Shown: piece after piece, positions 1-8,557 of the stretch
How the letters are laid out: each line of letters begins with the position of its first letter
Numbering within the stretch: position 1 is the first letter of the stretch
NCBI GenBank assembly: GCA_036265915.1
Contig: DATAOC010000059.1
Location: 5-64,004 of the forward strand
Origin: Candidatus Methylomirabilota bacterium
GTDB lineage: Bacteria > Methylomirabilota > Methylomirabilia > Rokubacteriales > CSP1-6
Direction of reading: 5' to 3'
DNA: 64,000 bases
Made by a program: the position numbers and the translations under genes
The notes under the pieces: model-generated
The model's input: the letters and a program-made list of their open reading frames with translations, nothing else
Told to the model about the DNA's origin: nothing
Databases searched by the model: none

Positions 1-1
1 G

Positions 2-1819
2 GAGCTCGAACCACTCAAGGCGATGCTCGTCCAGCGGACCGAAGGCAATCCGTTCTTCCTCGAGGAGAGCATCCGCGCGCTCGTCGAGATGAAGGCGCTC
101 GTGGGCGAGCGCGGAGCGCGGCGTCTGGCCCGCGCGATCCCCGACATCCGGGTGCCACCCACCGTGCAGGCCATCCTGGCCGCCCGCATCGACCGCCTCT
201 CCCCGGAGGACAAAGCCCTGCTGCAGTCGGCGGCGGTGGTCGGCCGCGAGATCTCGTTCACGCTGCTGCAGGCCATCACGGAGCTGTCCGAGGATTCGCT
301 GCGCGCCGGACTGGCGCGCCTCCAGGCCGCCGAATTCGTCTACGAGACGGCACTCTTTCCCGAGCTCGAATACACGTTCAAGCACGCGCTGACACTGGAC
401 GTGGCGTACAGCAGCCTGCTGCAGGATCGGCGCCGACTGATCCACCGGCAGATCGTCGAGGCCCTCGAAGTCATCTATGGTGACCGGCTCGGCAGCGCGG
501 TGGAGCGGCTCGCGTATCACGCGCTCCGCGCGGAGGCCTGGGACAAGGCGGTGACGTATTCGCGCGAGGCGGGCACGAAGCTCGCCGCGCGCTCGGCATA
601 CCGCGAGGCGGTCGCCTGCTTCGAGCAAGCGCTGCAGGCGCTCGATCGGATGGCGGACAGCCCGGAGGTTCGCAATCGGGCATTCGACATTCGCATGGAC
701 ATGCGCCGATGCCTGGTACCGCTCGGCGACTACGATCGCATTCTCGACAATCTCAAGGAAGCGGAAGCCATCGCGACCAGAGCCGACGATCGACGTCGGC
801 AGGGCCTCGTCCGCGCCTACATGACCGACTACTACCGGCTCACCGGCGACAGCGTGCAGGCAGTCAGCAGCGGCGAGGCGGCGCTGGCATTCGCGACCGA
901 GCTCGGTGATACGCCGCTCCTCGTGCTCGCCCGCATGGTCGGGGGCCACGCGTATCACGCCGTCGGCGACTATCGGCGTGCCTGGGAACTGCTGCGGCAA
1001 AACATCGACGAGATCGGCGACGAGCTCGTCCGCGAGCGGTTCGGATCGGCGGGGCTGCCCGCCGTCCTGTCACGCGGCTATCTCGCTCTGTCGCTCGCCG
1101 ATCTCGGGGAGTTCTCGCAGGCCATCGCCACTGGGCTGGAAGGCCTCCGTCTGGCCGACGCGTATGACACCGCGCACAGCCATGCGGTCGTGTCTCACGC
1201 GCTCGGCGTCGCATACATCGGGCAGGGTGATTTCGATCGCGGCATGCCGGTGCTGGAAGACACGCTCGCCCGGTGCCGCGCCAACGACATCCCGATGGGT
1301 GCGCGGCTGCTGGCCTCGGCGTTAGGGTACGCGTACGCGCTGCAGGGCAGGGCGCGCGAGGCGGCGCCGTTGCTCGAGGAGGCGGTTCGCCAGGCCGACG
1401 CCCTGAAGGTCGTATTCCGCTACGCGCTGTGGCTGGCGTGGCTCGGCGAGACGTATGCGCTGGCCGGGCGTCACGAGACGGCGCTCGAGCTCGCCAACCG
1501 CGCCGTCGAGCGGGCGGAGGCGCACAGCGAGCACGGGCATCGCGCCTACGCGCTTCGGCTCGTCGGTGATCTGCTGTCGAGATCCTCGGCCTACGCCCCG
1601 CAAGCCGAGGCCGCGTACGGGACCGCGCTCGCTCTCAGCCGGTCGCTCGGGATGCGGCCACTCGAGGCGCATTGCTACCTCGGGCTCAGCGCGCTGCACC
1701 GCAAGTACGGAGACTCCCGGCAGGCAACCGAGCGGCTGGCCAGCGCCGGGGCGCTGTTCTCCTCGATGAACATGAAGTTCTGGGTGGAGCGGGACAAGCC
1801 GCTCGTCACCGAGACGTGA
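2..1819 (+). CDS. C-terminal part of a large STAND/AAA-type signalling ATPase with TPR repeats; 5' end lies outside the window
   Basis: The frame of ORF 23..1819 is open back to the window edge. It has the TEGNPFFLEE motif typical of LuxR/cyclase-associated AAA regulators, followed by repeated TPR-like helices up to the stop at 1817-1819. Confidence 0.6.
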   Translation, partial: ELEPLKAMLVQRTEGNPFFLEESIRALVEMKALVGERGARRLARAIPDIRVPPTVQAILAARIDRLSPEDKALLQSAAVVGREISFTLLQAITELSEDSLRAGLARLQAAEFVYETALFPELEYTFKHALTLDVAYSSLLQDRRRLIHRQIVEALEVIYGDRLGSAVERLAYHALRAEAWDKAVTYSREAGTKLAARSAYREAVACFEQALQALDRMADSPEVRNRAFDIRMDMRRCLVPLGDYDRILDNLKEAEAIATRADDRRRQGLVRAYMTDYYRLTGDSVQAVSSGEAALAFATELGDTPLLVLARMVGGHAYHAVGDYRRAWELLRQNIDEIGDELVRERFGSAGLPAVLSRGYLALSLADLGEFSQAIATGLEGLRLADAYDTAHSHAVVSHALGVAYIGQGDFDRGMPVLEDTLARCRANDIPMGARLLASALGYAYALQGRAREAAPLLEEAVRQADALKVVFRYALWLAWLGETYALAGRHETALELANRAVERAEAHSEHGHRAYALRLVGDLLSRSSAYAPQAEAAYGTALALSRSLGMRPLEAHCYLGLSALHRKYGDSRQATERLASAGALFSSMNMKFWVERDKPLVTET

Positions 1820-3198
1820 GCCGCGGCTGGTTCGTGCGGCGAGTGGTCTTCCCGCTCGCTGAAGGTCTCGGCCGGCGCCGGATGTGGTCGCACGCGCAAC
1901 GGCTTCGGCGGCTGCAGTGGCAATCACCGGCGACGATCCAGGCTCATATGAACACCCGACTGCAGGCGCTGGTCGCCGTCGCGAGCGACGTGCCGTACTA
2001 CCGTGACCTGTTCCGTGGCGCCGGCATCGATCCGGCGACGATCCGATCCGTGGAGGATCTCGCCCGCGTTCCATTGACGAGCAAGGCGGACCTGCGTGCA
2101 GGATTTCCGGACAGGACGACCGCGCACGCGGTGCCCTCGCAACGCCGGCGCGCGATGAGGACCTCGGGCTCGACGGGACTTCCGTTCAACTTCTACTGGG
2201 ATCGCGCGTGCGCCGACGAGCTGTTCGGGACGTACCTGTCGTGCCTCGAGTGGGCCGGCGCCGGCCTCTGGGACACGCATGTGGCGGTCGCGGTTCCGGC
2301 GACGTTCGCCAGCAATCCGGACCCGCCGTCGCCGACGCGCCGCTGGGCCCGCCGCCTGGCATTCGGCGAGCAGGTGATCAGGCTCTCCGCGATCGACGTG
2401 ACGACGCAAGACTTCGTCGACGTCGTCGGAGGACTCCGGGATCGCGGGTACTTCATCCGTGCCTATCCCTCTGCGCTCGCGCACCTGGCCGCCCGGCTGG
2501 TCCACGAGGATCGGCCGCTGCCCCGGTATCCCGCGGTCGTGATCACGTATGGCGAGACGCTCACGGAGACCAACGCCGCGCACATTGCCGAGGTCTTCAG
2601 GTGCCGGGTCGTCAACAACTACACCAGCTGGGACATCCCGCTCATCGCCCAGACGTGCCCGGACAATCCGCGGATGCTCCACGTCAATTCCGATCGTGTC
2701 ATCGTCCGGATCGTCAGGCCGGACGGCACGCCGGCGCCGCGGGGCGAGTCAGGCCGCGTCGCGGTTACCGATCTTGGCAATCAGGTCATGCCGTTCATCA
2801 ACTATCTCCTCGGCGATCGTGCCGTCGATGCTGGCTGGTGCGACTGTGGTCGCGGTTGGCCGGCGCTCGCCAGCGTCGACGGCCGCGACACCGAGGTCAT
2901 CGAGACGCCGAGCGGCGCGCGCGTGAGCGGCGTCATGCTGGGCCATTACCTGACATTCGTCGCCGGCGTCGTCCCGTACGTCTGGGAATACCAGGCTGTT
3001 CAGGTCGCGCCGAGCGCGGTCTGCCTCCGTATCGTCCCGACCGCGCGGTTCAGCGAGGAGTTCGCGCGGCTGCTCGTGGGACACGTCGAAAAGCTTCTCG
3101 GCGGCGGCGTGCTGACGACCGTGGAGGTCGTCGATCACATTCCGACCGAGACATCGGGCAAGCGGCTGATCATCAAGCCATTGGCGCGGAGCGCCTGA
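1816..3198 (+). CDS. Phenylacetate-CoA ligase-like adenylate-forming enzyme (PaaK / F390 synthetase / CapK family)
   Basis: It carries a TSGSTGLPFNFYW adenylation motif and a family-typical N-terminus (VPYYRDLF..VEDLARVPLTSKADLR). GTG 1816 overlaps the upstream stop as GTGA. ATG 1882 is the alternative start. Confidence 0.7.
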   Translation: MSRGWFVRRVVFPLAEGLGRRRMWSHAQRLRRLQWQSPATIQAHMNTRLQALVAVASDVPYYRDLFRGAGIDPATIRSVEDLARVPLTSKADLRAGFPDRTTAHAVPSQRRRAMRTSGSTGLPFNFYWDRACADELFGTYLSCLEWAGAGLWDTHVAVAVPATFASNPDPPSPTRRWARRLAFGEQVIRLSAIDVTTQDFVDVVGGLRDRGYFIRAYPSALAHLAARLVHEDRPLPRYPAVVITYGETLTETNAAHIAEVFRCRVVNNYTSWDIPLIAQTCPDNPRMLHVNSDRVIVRIVRPDGTPAPRGESGRVAVTDLGNQVMPFINYLLGDRAVDAGWCDCGRGWPALASVDGRDTEVIETPSGARVSGVMLGHYLTFVAGVVPYVWEYQAVQVAPSAVCLRIVPTARFSEEFARLLVGHVEKLLGGGVLTTVEVVDHIPTETSGKRLIIKPLARSA

Positions 3199-3213
3199 GA
3201 CAGCGCGGTCCGG

Positions 3214-3426
3214 TCAGCCAGCGACCCGGTCGATCCACCGCTGCGCGTACGCAGCGCCGCGTTCCTCCGCCAGCCGCGCGCTCCGTTCGCGGCACGCAAC
3301 CGTCTCGACGTGAGCCGTCGGCGCGACCAGCGCGCGACTGATGCGCACGTGGGCATTCCAGTTCGCGGCGGCGGCGACGGCCACGACGTCGACGCGGAAC
3401 CCACGATAGTCGCTGAGGACGATCAT
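3214..3426 (-). CDS. Small hypothetical protein (70 aa) translationally coupled to the GT2 gene
   Basis: ATG 3426-3424 overlaps the GT2 stop 3425-3423 as ATGA. The product MIVLSDYRGFRVDVV..WNAHVRISR has no family I can name. Confidence 0.45.
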   Translation of the reverse strand: MIVLSDYRGFRVDVVAVAAAANWNAHVRISRALVAPTAHVETVACRERSARLAEERGAAYAQRWIDRVAG

Positions 3427-4451
3427 TTCGCGGCCACCGAGGCCCGCCGACGGGTGACGAACCAGCCGGGCAGGTGATGCTCGGCGACGGCGAACACGTA
3501 GCTCAAGCCGCTGTAGACGAAGTACGTCATGTGCAGCGTCATGCTGACGAGGGCGAAGACGAGCCCGCCGCACCGGAAGAAGAACAGGTAGAGCTGGCGG
3601 TTGAGCGCGACCACGCCTGCGAGCGCCAGGGCGGCCACGGCGGCCAGCTCGATCTTCAGGACGGCGAAGGGCAACACGAGAATGCTGAGCGCCACGAGCA
3701 TCGCACTCAGCCGCTGGTCCCAGGCGACGTTCAAGGTATCGGGCAGCATCTCGGTCTCGAGGGTCAAGCGCGACCACGGGATCGCCCGTTGCAAGATGTC
3801 CGTCCGGATCATCGACACCAGCGTCCACTGCTTCAGATGCGTGCCCTGGATGCGTTTGTCGAGAAGGATGGTGCGACCCGCGCGGCGGAGCCGATGGCCG
3901 AGCTCGATGTCCTCGATCGATGGCCGTCGGAAGCGGCGCTCGTCGAAGCCGCCGATCTCGTCGAAATCACGGCGGCGGATGGCTCCGCAGCCGGCCCAGA
4001 AGGTGGACGCTTCCCCGTGGCCGTTCTGGTGCACGAAATGATGGAGGAGGTTTCGATAGCGGGATACGTGGCGGCTCACCCGCGGCGTCGCGTCGTAGGA
4101 GCCGAAGACCGCGGCGACGTCCGGGCGATCCACGAAGACGCGTCGGATACGCTCGATGGTTCCCGGGCGCACGACGACGTCCGCGTCGACGAAAAACAGC
4201 ACGTCGCCCCGCGCATGCTGCGCGCCGTGGTTCCGCGCCGCGGCCGGCCCGGCGTTCGCGGGCATGCGCAACACGGTGACTCCGAGCGCGAGCGCACCCT
4301 CGGCAGTGTCGTCGGTGGACCCGTCGTCGACGACGAGAATCTCCACGTCAGATGCCGCTTGCGCGTGCAACGCCGCGACACATTCGCTCAGGTCCCGCAG
4401 GTTGTTGTACACGGGCACGATGACCGACAACCGCAGCGTGCTCTCCGCCAT
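3423..4451 (-). CDS. Family 2 glycosyltransferase with a hydrophobic C-terminal membrane region
   Basis: GT-A signatures are present: LSVIVPVYNN, VVDDGSTDDT and FFVDADV (DxD). The C-terminal third is rich in predicted TM helices. A GAGGAG SD lies just upstream of ATG 4451. Confidence 0.85.
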   Translation of the reverse strand: MAESTLRLSVIVPVYNNLRDLSECVAALHAQAASDVEILVVDDGSTDDTAEGALALGVTVLRMPANAGPAAARNHGAQHARGDVLFFVDADVVVRPGTIERIRRVFVDRPDVAAVFGSYDATPRVSRHVSRYRNLLHHFVHQNGHGEASTFWAGCGAIRRRDFDEIGGFDERRFRRPSIEDIELGHRLRRAGRTILLDKRIQGTHLKQWTLVSMIRTDILQRAIPWSRLTLETEMLPDTLNVAWDQRLSAMLVALSILVLPFAVLKIELAAVAALALAGVVALNRQLYLFFFRCGGLVFALVSMTLHMTYFVYSGLSYVFAVAEHHLPGWFVTRRRASVAAK

Positions 4452-4487
4452 GATCTCCTCGACGCGGGGACTATTCGGGTACCGTGA

Positions 4488-4516
4488 ACTGTAGGGAGAT
4501 CGGGGGGCGGGGCCAA
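4488..4516 (-). promoter_or_regulatory. Candidate sigma-70 promoter for the GT2 operon (TTGGCC-N17-TACAGT)
   Basis: On the minus strand, TTGGCC (4516-4511) is followed by a 17 nt spacer and TACAGT (4493-4488), about 37 nt upstream of ATG 4451. Confidence 0.35.
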
Positions 4517-4723
4517 TAGGCCGGAAGATAGAAGGCCTCGAAGCGGGCTGGCCGGGCGGTTTCGACAGCGCCAGCCGGTGTTCGCCGCGGCGTGGGCAGC
4601 GTTCCTCGCAGTGCGTCAGCAGGCGCCGCAGGACAATCCGTTTCACAGGTGCGTGAACGTTTTGACAAGGTGAGCGGCGGGGCAAGGCACGGGAACCGTC
4701 CGGCACGCGGGATCGTTCACTCG

Positions 4724-5233
4724 ATGCTTGCCGCCCGAGCGCTACGCAGGAGTGTGACAACGGACGATGCCGGTGTTGCGGTGACAACCGTGAGGGCTGT
4801 CGCATTCGTCTGCGCGGTCGCGATCCCGTCGGTGACCATCGGCGGTTCCCGGCCGCCCGCGCGATCCAGCGCCGCCACCGCGAGTGCGGCGCGTGCGGGC
4901 AACGCGGCCAGCGGCGCCGCGCTGTTCGCCAAGCTGCCGTGCGTCTCCTGTCACGACGTCCTGCACAAGCTGCCCGGCGGCGACATCTGCCCGAACCTGG
5001 GCAGCATCGCGACGGAAGCGGCGCGCATCGTGCGCTCACGCGAGTATCGGGGGAAGGCGCGCGACGCGGCCGGATACATCCGCGAGTCGATTGTCGACCC
5101 GGACGCGTATATCGTTCCGGGCGCCAGCTACAAGACGCCGGACGGACACAGCGTGATGCCAAGGGATTTCGCGCGGACGCTGACGGCCACGCAGATCGAC
5201 GATCTCGTGGCGTTCCTGCTGACCAAGCGATGA
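4724..5233 (+). CDS. Membrane-anchored or secreted mono-heme c-type cytochrome
   Basis: It has a CVSCH heme-binding motif, a distal Met region (HSVMPRDF), a hydrophobic N-terminal segment and a class I cytochrome c-like C-terminus (IDDLVAFLL). Confidence 0.75.
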   Translation: MLAARALRRSVTTDDAGVAVTTVRAVAFVCAVAIPSVTIGGSRPPARSSAATASAARAGNAASGAALFAKLPCVSCHDVLHKLPGGDICPNLGSIATEAARIVRSREYRGKARDAAGYIRESIVDPDAYIVPGASYKTPDGHSVMPRDFARTLTATQIDDLVAFLLTKR

Positions 5234-5321
5234 CGGGTTACATCTCGACGCGAGGCGGGCATGCTCGGCTCGCGTCCGAGCGAAGCACATCATCCACCAC
5301 AACACACCCCTGGAGGGTCGT

Positions 5322-5729
5322 ATGAGATTCGTTCAACGATGCAGCGCGGTGGTCCTCGGTCTGGCGATGGTGGTCGGCACGGTCTCGGCCGCGTCGGCGG
5401 CGGATTCCACCACCGTGAAGCTCAGCCCGCAGAGCAGCTCCGGCGAGTCGGGGACGGCGACGCTGACGAAGGAGGGCGACAAGCAGACCAAGGTCGTCCT
5501 CGACGTGAAGGGCGGCTCCGGGCAGCAGCCCGTGCACATCCACAAGGGGACGTGCGCCAACCTGGATCCGAAGCCGGCGTATCCGCTGTCGCCGGTGACG
5601 AACGGCAAGTCGGAGACCGTCGTCAACGCGTCGCTCGACGACCTCGAGAAGGGCGGCTACGCGATCAACGGCCACAAGTCGGCGCAGGAGGTCAAGACGT
5701 ACGTCTTCTGCGGGGATATCGGCAAGTAG
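5322..5729 (+). CDS. Secreted protein, CHRD / Cu-Zn-SOD-like fold suspected
   Basis: A GGAGG SD precedes the ATG, and there is a signal peptide ending VSAASAA. The pattern GTATLT..VVLDVKGG..PVHIHKGTC resembles CHRD/SOD-like domains. The functional call is weak. Confidence 0.6.
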   Translation: MRFVQRCSAVVLGLAMVVGTVSAASAADSTTVKLSPQSSSGESGTATLTKEGDKQTKVVLDVKGGSGQQPVHIHKGTCANLDPKPAYPLSPVTNGKSETVVNASLDDLEKGGYAINGHKSAQEVKTYVFCGDIGK

Positions 5730-5748
5730 TCGCAGCCGCCGTCGATGC

Positions 5749-5782
5749 GTGACCCCGGGTGCCGTCAGCGGCCCGGGGTCAC
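5749..5782. terminator. Bidirectional GC hairpin between convergent genes
   Basis: Perfect 11 bp stem GTGACCCCGGG (5749-5759) / CCCGGGGTCAC (5772-5782) with a 12 nt loop. The right arm contains the aldolase stop codon (5779-5781). Confidence 0.6.
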
Positions 5783-6611
5783 CTTCCCAGTGCCTTCGCC
5801 TTCCACAGCTCCCACCGCCGGTTGATCGTCGAGCTGATCGTGGCCTCCGCCATGCGCGCCTCGTCCGCATCGAGGTACGTCACCGGACCACCGAGCCCGA
5901 GCGCCTGCGCCTGCAGCCGCGCGTTCACCTCGGTGTACACGCTGCGAAAGACGGCCAGCGGCAGCGTGGGCGCCACGACGACGGCGCCGTGCCCGCGCAT
6001 GAGCGCGACGGGCCGGGTACCGAGCGTCTGCGCCAGCGCGTGCCCCAGCGCCGGCGTGGCGATGAGCATGTTGGTCGGGTTGCCGGCCGCTGTCTTGATG
6101 TCGAAGACGGGGACGCCACCGCCGAGAAATGCGCTCATGTGGTACATCGGTCGCAGCGGCACCGTGGTCGCGCCGAACGGAATCACGGACGGCGAGTGGT
6201 TGTGGACGACCGCCATCACGCCGGGCTGGGCCTTGTAGATCTCCCCGTGGATGAAGCGTTCGAGAAAGCTCGTCCGCCCGCGCGGATCGACCGGCGTGCT
6301 GTCCAGGTCGTACTCCATGATGTCGGCGGCAGTCACCAGCGCCGGCGCCATGCTGCGCGACATCAGAAACCGGTTCGCCGCGCCCGGATGGCGCACGCTC
6401 ACGTGGCCGTAGCCGTCGACGACGCCTCGTTGGCGAGGATCCGGTTCGCAGCGACGAGATCGTCGATGACGGACGCGGGCGGCGCGGGGGCCGCCGGCTG
6501 CGGCGCCGCACTCCGGGCGCCCCCGAGCGCGGCCAGGACGGCAACGGACACCCCGATCACGAAGCGGCGCCCGCTCGCGTGCGGGAGTTCCGTGCCGATG
6601 GGCATCCGCAT
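5779..6611 (-). pseudogene. Class II aldolase/adducin-family gene with N-terminal signal peptide, interrupted by a 1-nt frameshift near 6425-6426
   Basis: ORF 6399..6683 encodes MRMPIG..SGRRFVIGVSVAVLAALGGA..DDLVAANRILANE. ORF 5779..6402 continues as (G)VVDGYGHVSVRHPG... in another frame. The total span is 833 nt, not a multiple of 3. Restoring one G in the GG run gives the family consensus ANEGVVDGYGHVS. Confidence 0.7.
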
Positions 6612-6613
6612 GC

Positions 6614-7699
6614 CTACTTCGGCACCAGGTTCTTGAACCGCGGCATCACCTCGCGCGCCAGCAGCTCCATCGAGTGACGCCACACCTTCGGCTCGTCGGC
6701 GTAGTCGAAGCAGAACAGCAGCAGGGTGCCGAAGCCGCCGACCTCCTCGTAGATCCCGTGCAGCTTCTCGGCGACGGTATCCGGCGAGCCCACGAGCCAG
6801 TTGTGACGGGCGCAGTACTCGGGCGTGACGTCGGAGTCCGGGACCGACGGCTCGTGCTTCAGGTACTCGGTGAAGCCGAAGGCGCCGAGCAGCGGAAGGA
6901 AGTACTCGCGCATCATCCGGCCCATCATGCCGCCGGCGGACAGACGCAGCGCGTCGGCGTCCGTATCGGCGACGAAAATCTCTCGCACCAGACGCCAGTC
7001 AGCGCGGCGCGGCGTGCGCTTCGCGCGCGCGGCGCCTTGCTCGACGGCCTCCCAGTGGCTGCCGACGTACGCGGGATTCAGGTTCAGGCTCATGGGCCAG
7101 AAGCCGCGCTCGCCGGCGAGCTTGAGCGTGTCCGAGCCCTTGTTCAGACCCGCCACGCCGATGGGCGGATGCGGCTGCTGTAGCGGCTTGATGTGCGGCT
7201 TCAGCGTGCCGAACAGCGTGCCCGTCTTCGTGACGTGCCAGTACTTGCCCTTGTAGTCGAACTCCGGCTCGTCACTCCAGAGGCGGAGGATGATGTCCAG
7301 AGACTCGCGCGTCATCTCGCGGTTCTGGCCCGACATGCCGTCGACGTTGAAGAGCGCCCAGTCACTCGGCAGACCGCTGGCGGCCACGCCGAAGTTGAGA
7401 CGGCCCTGCGCGAGGTGGTCGAGCATGGCGACGCGGTTGGCCAGCTCCGCCGGATGGTGGAAGGGCATCAGGAAGCCGCCGGGACCGATGCGCATCCGGC
7501 TCGTCTGCATGAGCGCTTGCGCGACCAGCAGATCAGGCGCGGGGTGCGGCTCCCACGGCGCGGTGTGGTGCTCGCCGATCCACGCCTCGCTGAAGCCGAG
7601 CTCGTCCGCCCACCGCAGCTGCTGTAGATCCCACTGGTGGCCGTCGTTGAGCCGCCGCTCGGGCGGGTGCGACGGCATCGTGAACAGTCCGTATTCCAT
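6614..7699 (-). CDS. Luciferase-like (LLM class) flavin-dependent monooxygenase
   Basis: The product begins MEYGLFTMPSH and contains LGFSEAWIGEHH and LAQGRLNFGVAASG motifs. A GGAGG SD lies upstream of ATG 7699. Confidence 0.85.
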   Translation of the reverse strand: MEYGLFTMPSHPPERRLNDGHQWDLQQLRWADELGFSEAWIGEHHTAPWEPHPAPDLLVAQALMQTSRMRIGPGGFLMPFHHPAELANRVAMLDHLAQGRLNFGVAASGLPSDWALFNVDGMSGQNREMTRESLDIILRLWSDEPEFDYKGKYWHVTKTGTLFGTLKPHIKPLQQPHPPIGVAGLNKGSDTLKLAGERGFWPMSLNLNPAYVGSHWEAVEQGAARAKRTPRRADWRLVREIFVADTDADALRLSAGGMMGRMMREYFLPLLGAFGFTEYLKHEPSVPDSDVTPEYCARHNWLVGSPDTVAEKLHGIYEEVGGFGTLLLFCFDYADEPKVWRHSMELLAREVMPRFKNLVPK

Positions 7700-7962
7700 G
7701 GGCGACCTCCTGTCCGAAGACGCTGTGCCGGGAGTGTACTCCCCGCCTGCGGGGTGCGAAACGCCGCCGCCGAGGATTGCGCGATCGAGGGAGGACCGAC
7801 AGCTGCGCCGGCGTTGACACGCGCGCCCGTCTGGCGCGTCAGGATTGTGCGCTTGATCCATAACCCGCTGATTTCCATCGGTTCCGACCGTGGCATGCGT
7901 GCTGCATTTCGCACCTCGCGCCGAGCGGTCGTCCGGCTCGGCTGGGAGAGGAGGCGACAGCG

Positions 7963-8541
7963 ATGGCGGCTCGACATTCCAGGTCTTCGTGGGCGATCGG
8001 CCTCGCCGTGGCCATGGCCGTCGTGCTCATGGCGGTGACCGTGCAGGCGCAGATGCCGAAGCCGCCGTCGACCAGCAAGCCGGTGGCGCCCGCCGCGCGA
8101 CCACTGACGGATGCCGAGCGTAAATCGTGGGAGGACCTTCAGGCCGCGCAGCGACAGTTCGATACCGACAGTGGCCGCGTGATGGCCGGCTCTCCGGACG
8201 GCCGTCGCCGAGTTCCTGAAGCGATCGCCAAGCAGTTCGGCGTTGCGGACAAGGTCGTCACCGATCTACGGGCGCGCCGCATAAGCTACGGCGAGGTGAC
8301 GATCGCGCTGGCGCTCTCGCAGCAGATGATGAGGCGCGACAAGCTCACGCAGCAGCAGGCGCTCGACCGCGTGCTCGCGCCGCGCTCGGCGGGCCGGAGC
8401 TGGGGGGTTGTCGCGCGCGATCTCGGGCTGAAGATCGGGGACGTCGTCAGCGATGTCCGGAAGGCGGACGGTCAGCTGCCGAAGTCGACCGTTGTCCCCA
8501 GGGCGGCGGCACCCCGGCCCGCCGCCCCCCCGCGACATTGA
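7963..8541 (+). CDS. Secreted hypothetical protein
   Basis: A GGAGAGGAGG SD region precedes ATG 7963. The signal peptide is AIGLAVAMAVVLMAVTVQAQ. There is no recognisable domain. Confidence 0.6.
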   Translation: MAARHSRSSWAIGLAVAMAVVLMAVTVQAQMPKPPSTSKPVAPAARPLTDAERKSWEDLQAAQRQFDTDSGRVMAGSPDGRRRVPEAIAKQFGVADKVVTDLRARRISYGEVTIALALSQQMMRRDKLTQQQALDRVLAPRSAGRSWGVVARDLGLKIGDVVSDVRKADGQLPKSTVVPRAAAPRPAAPPRH

Positions 8542-8557
8542 GAAGCATCGACCGCGC

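Noticed and set aside
4662-4667. Perfect TTGACA hexamers at 4662-4667 and 7814-7819 as sigma-70 -35 boxes.
   Set aside because: No acceptable -10 hexamer follows at 16-19 nt in either case.
7771-7860. An imperfect direct repeat AGGATTGYGCG (7771-7787 and 7841-7857) and small hairpins in the 262 bp region between the monooxygenase and the secreted-protein gene, considered as a riboswitch or sRNA.
   Set aside because: Identity is 13/17 over short segments, and I recognise no conserved riboswitch core. They may be operator half-sites, but the evidence is too thin to report as a feature.
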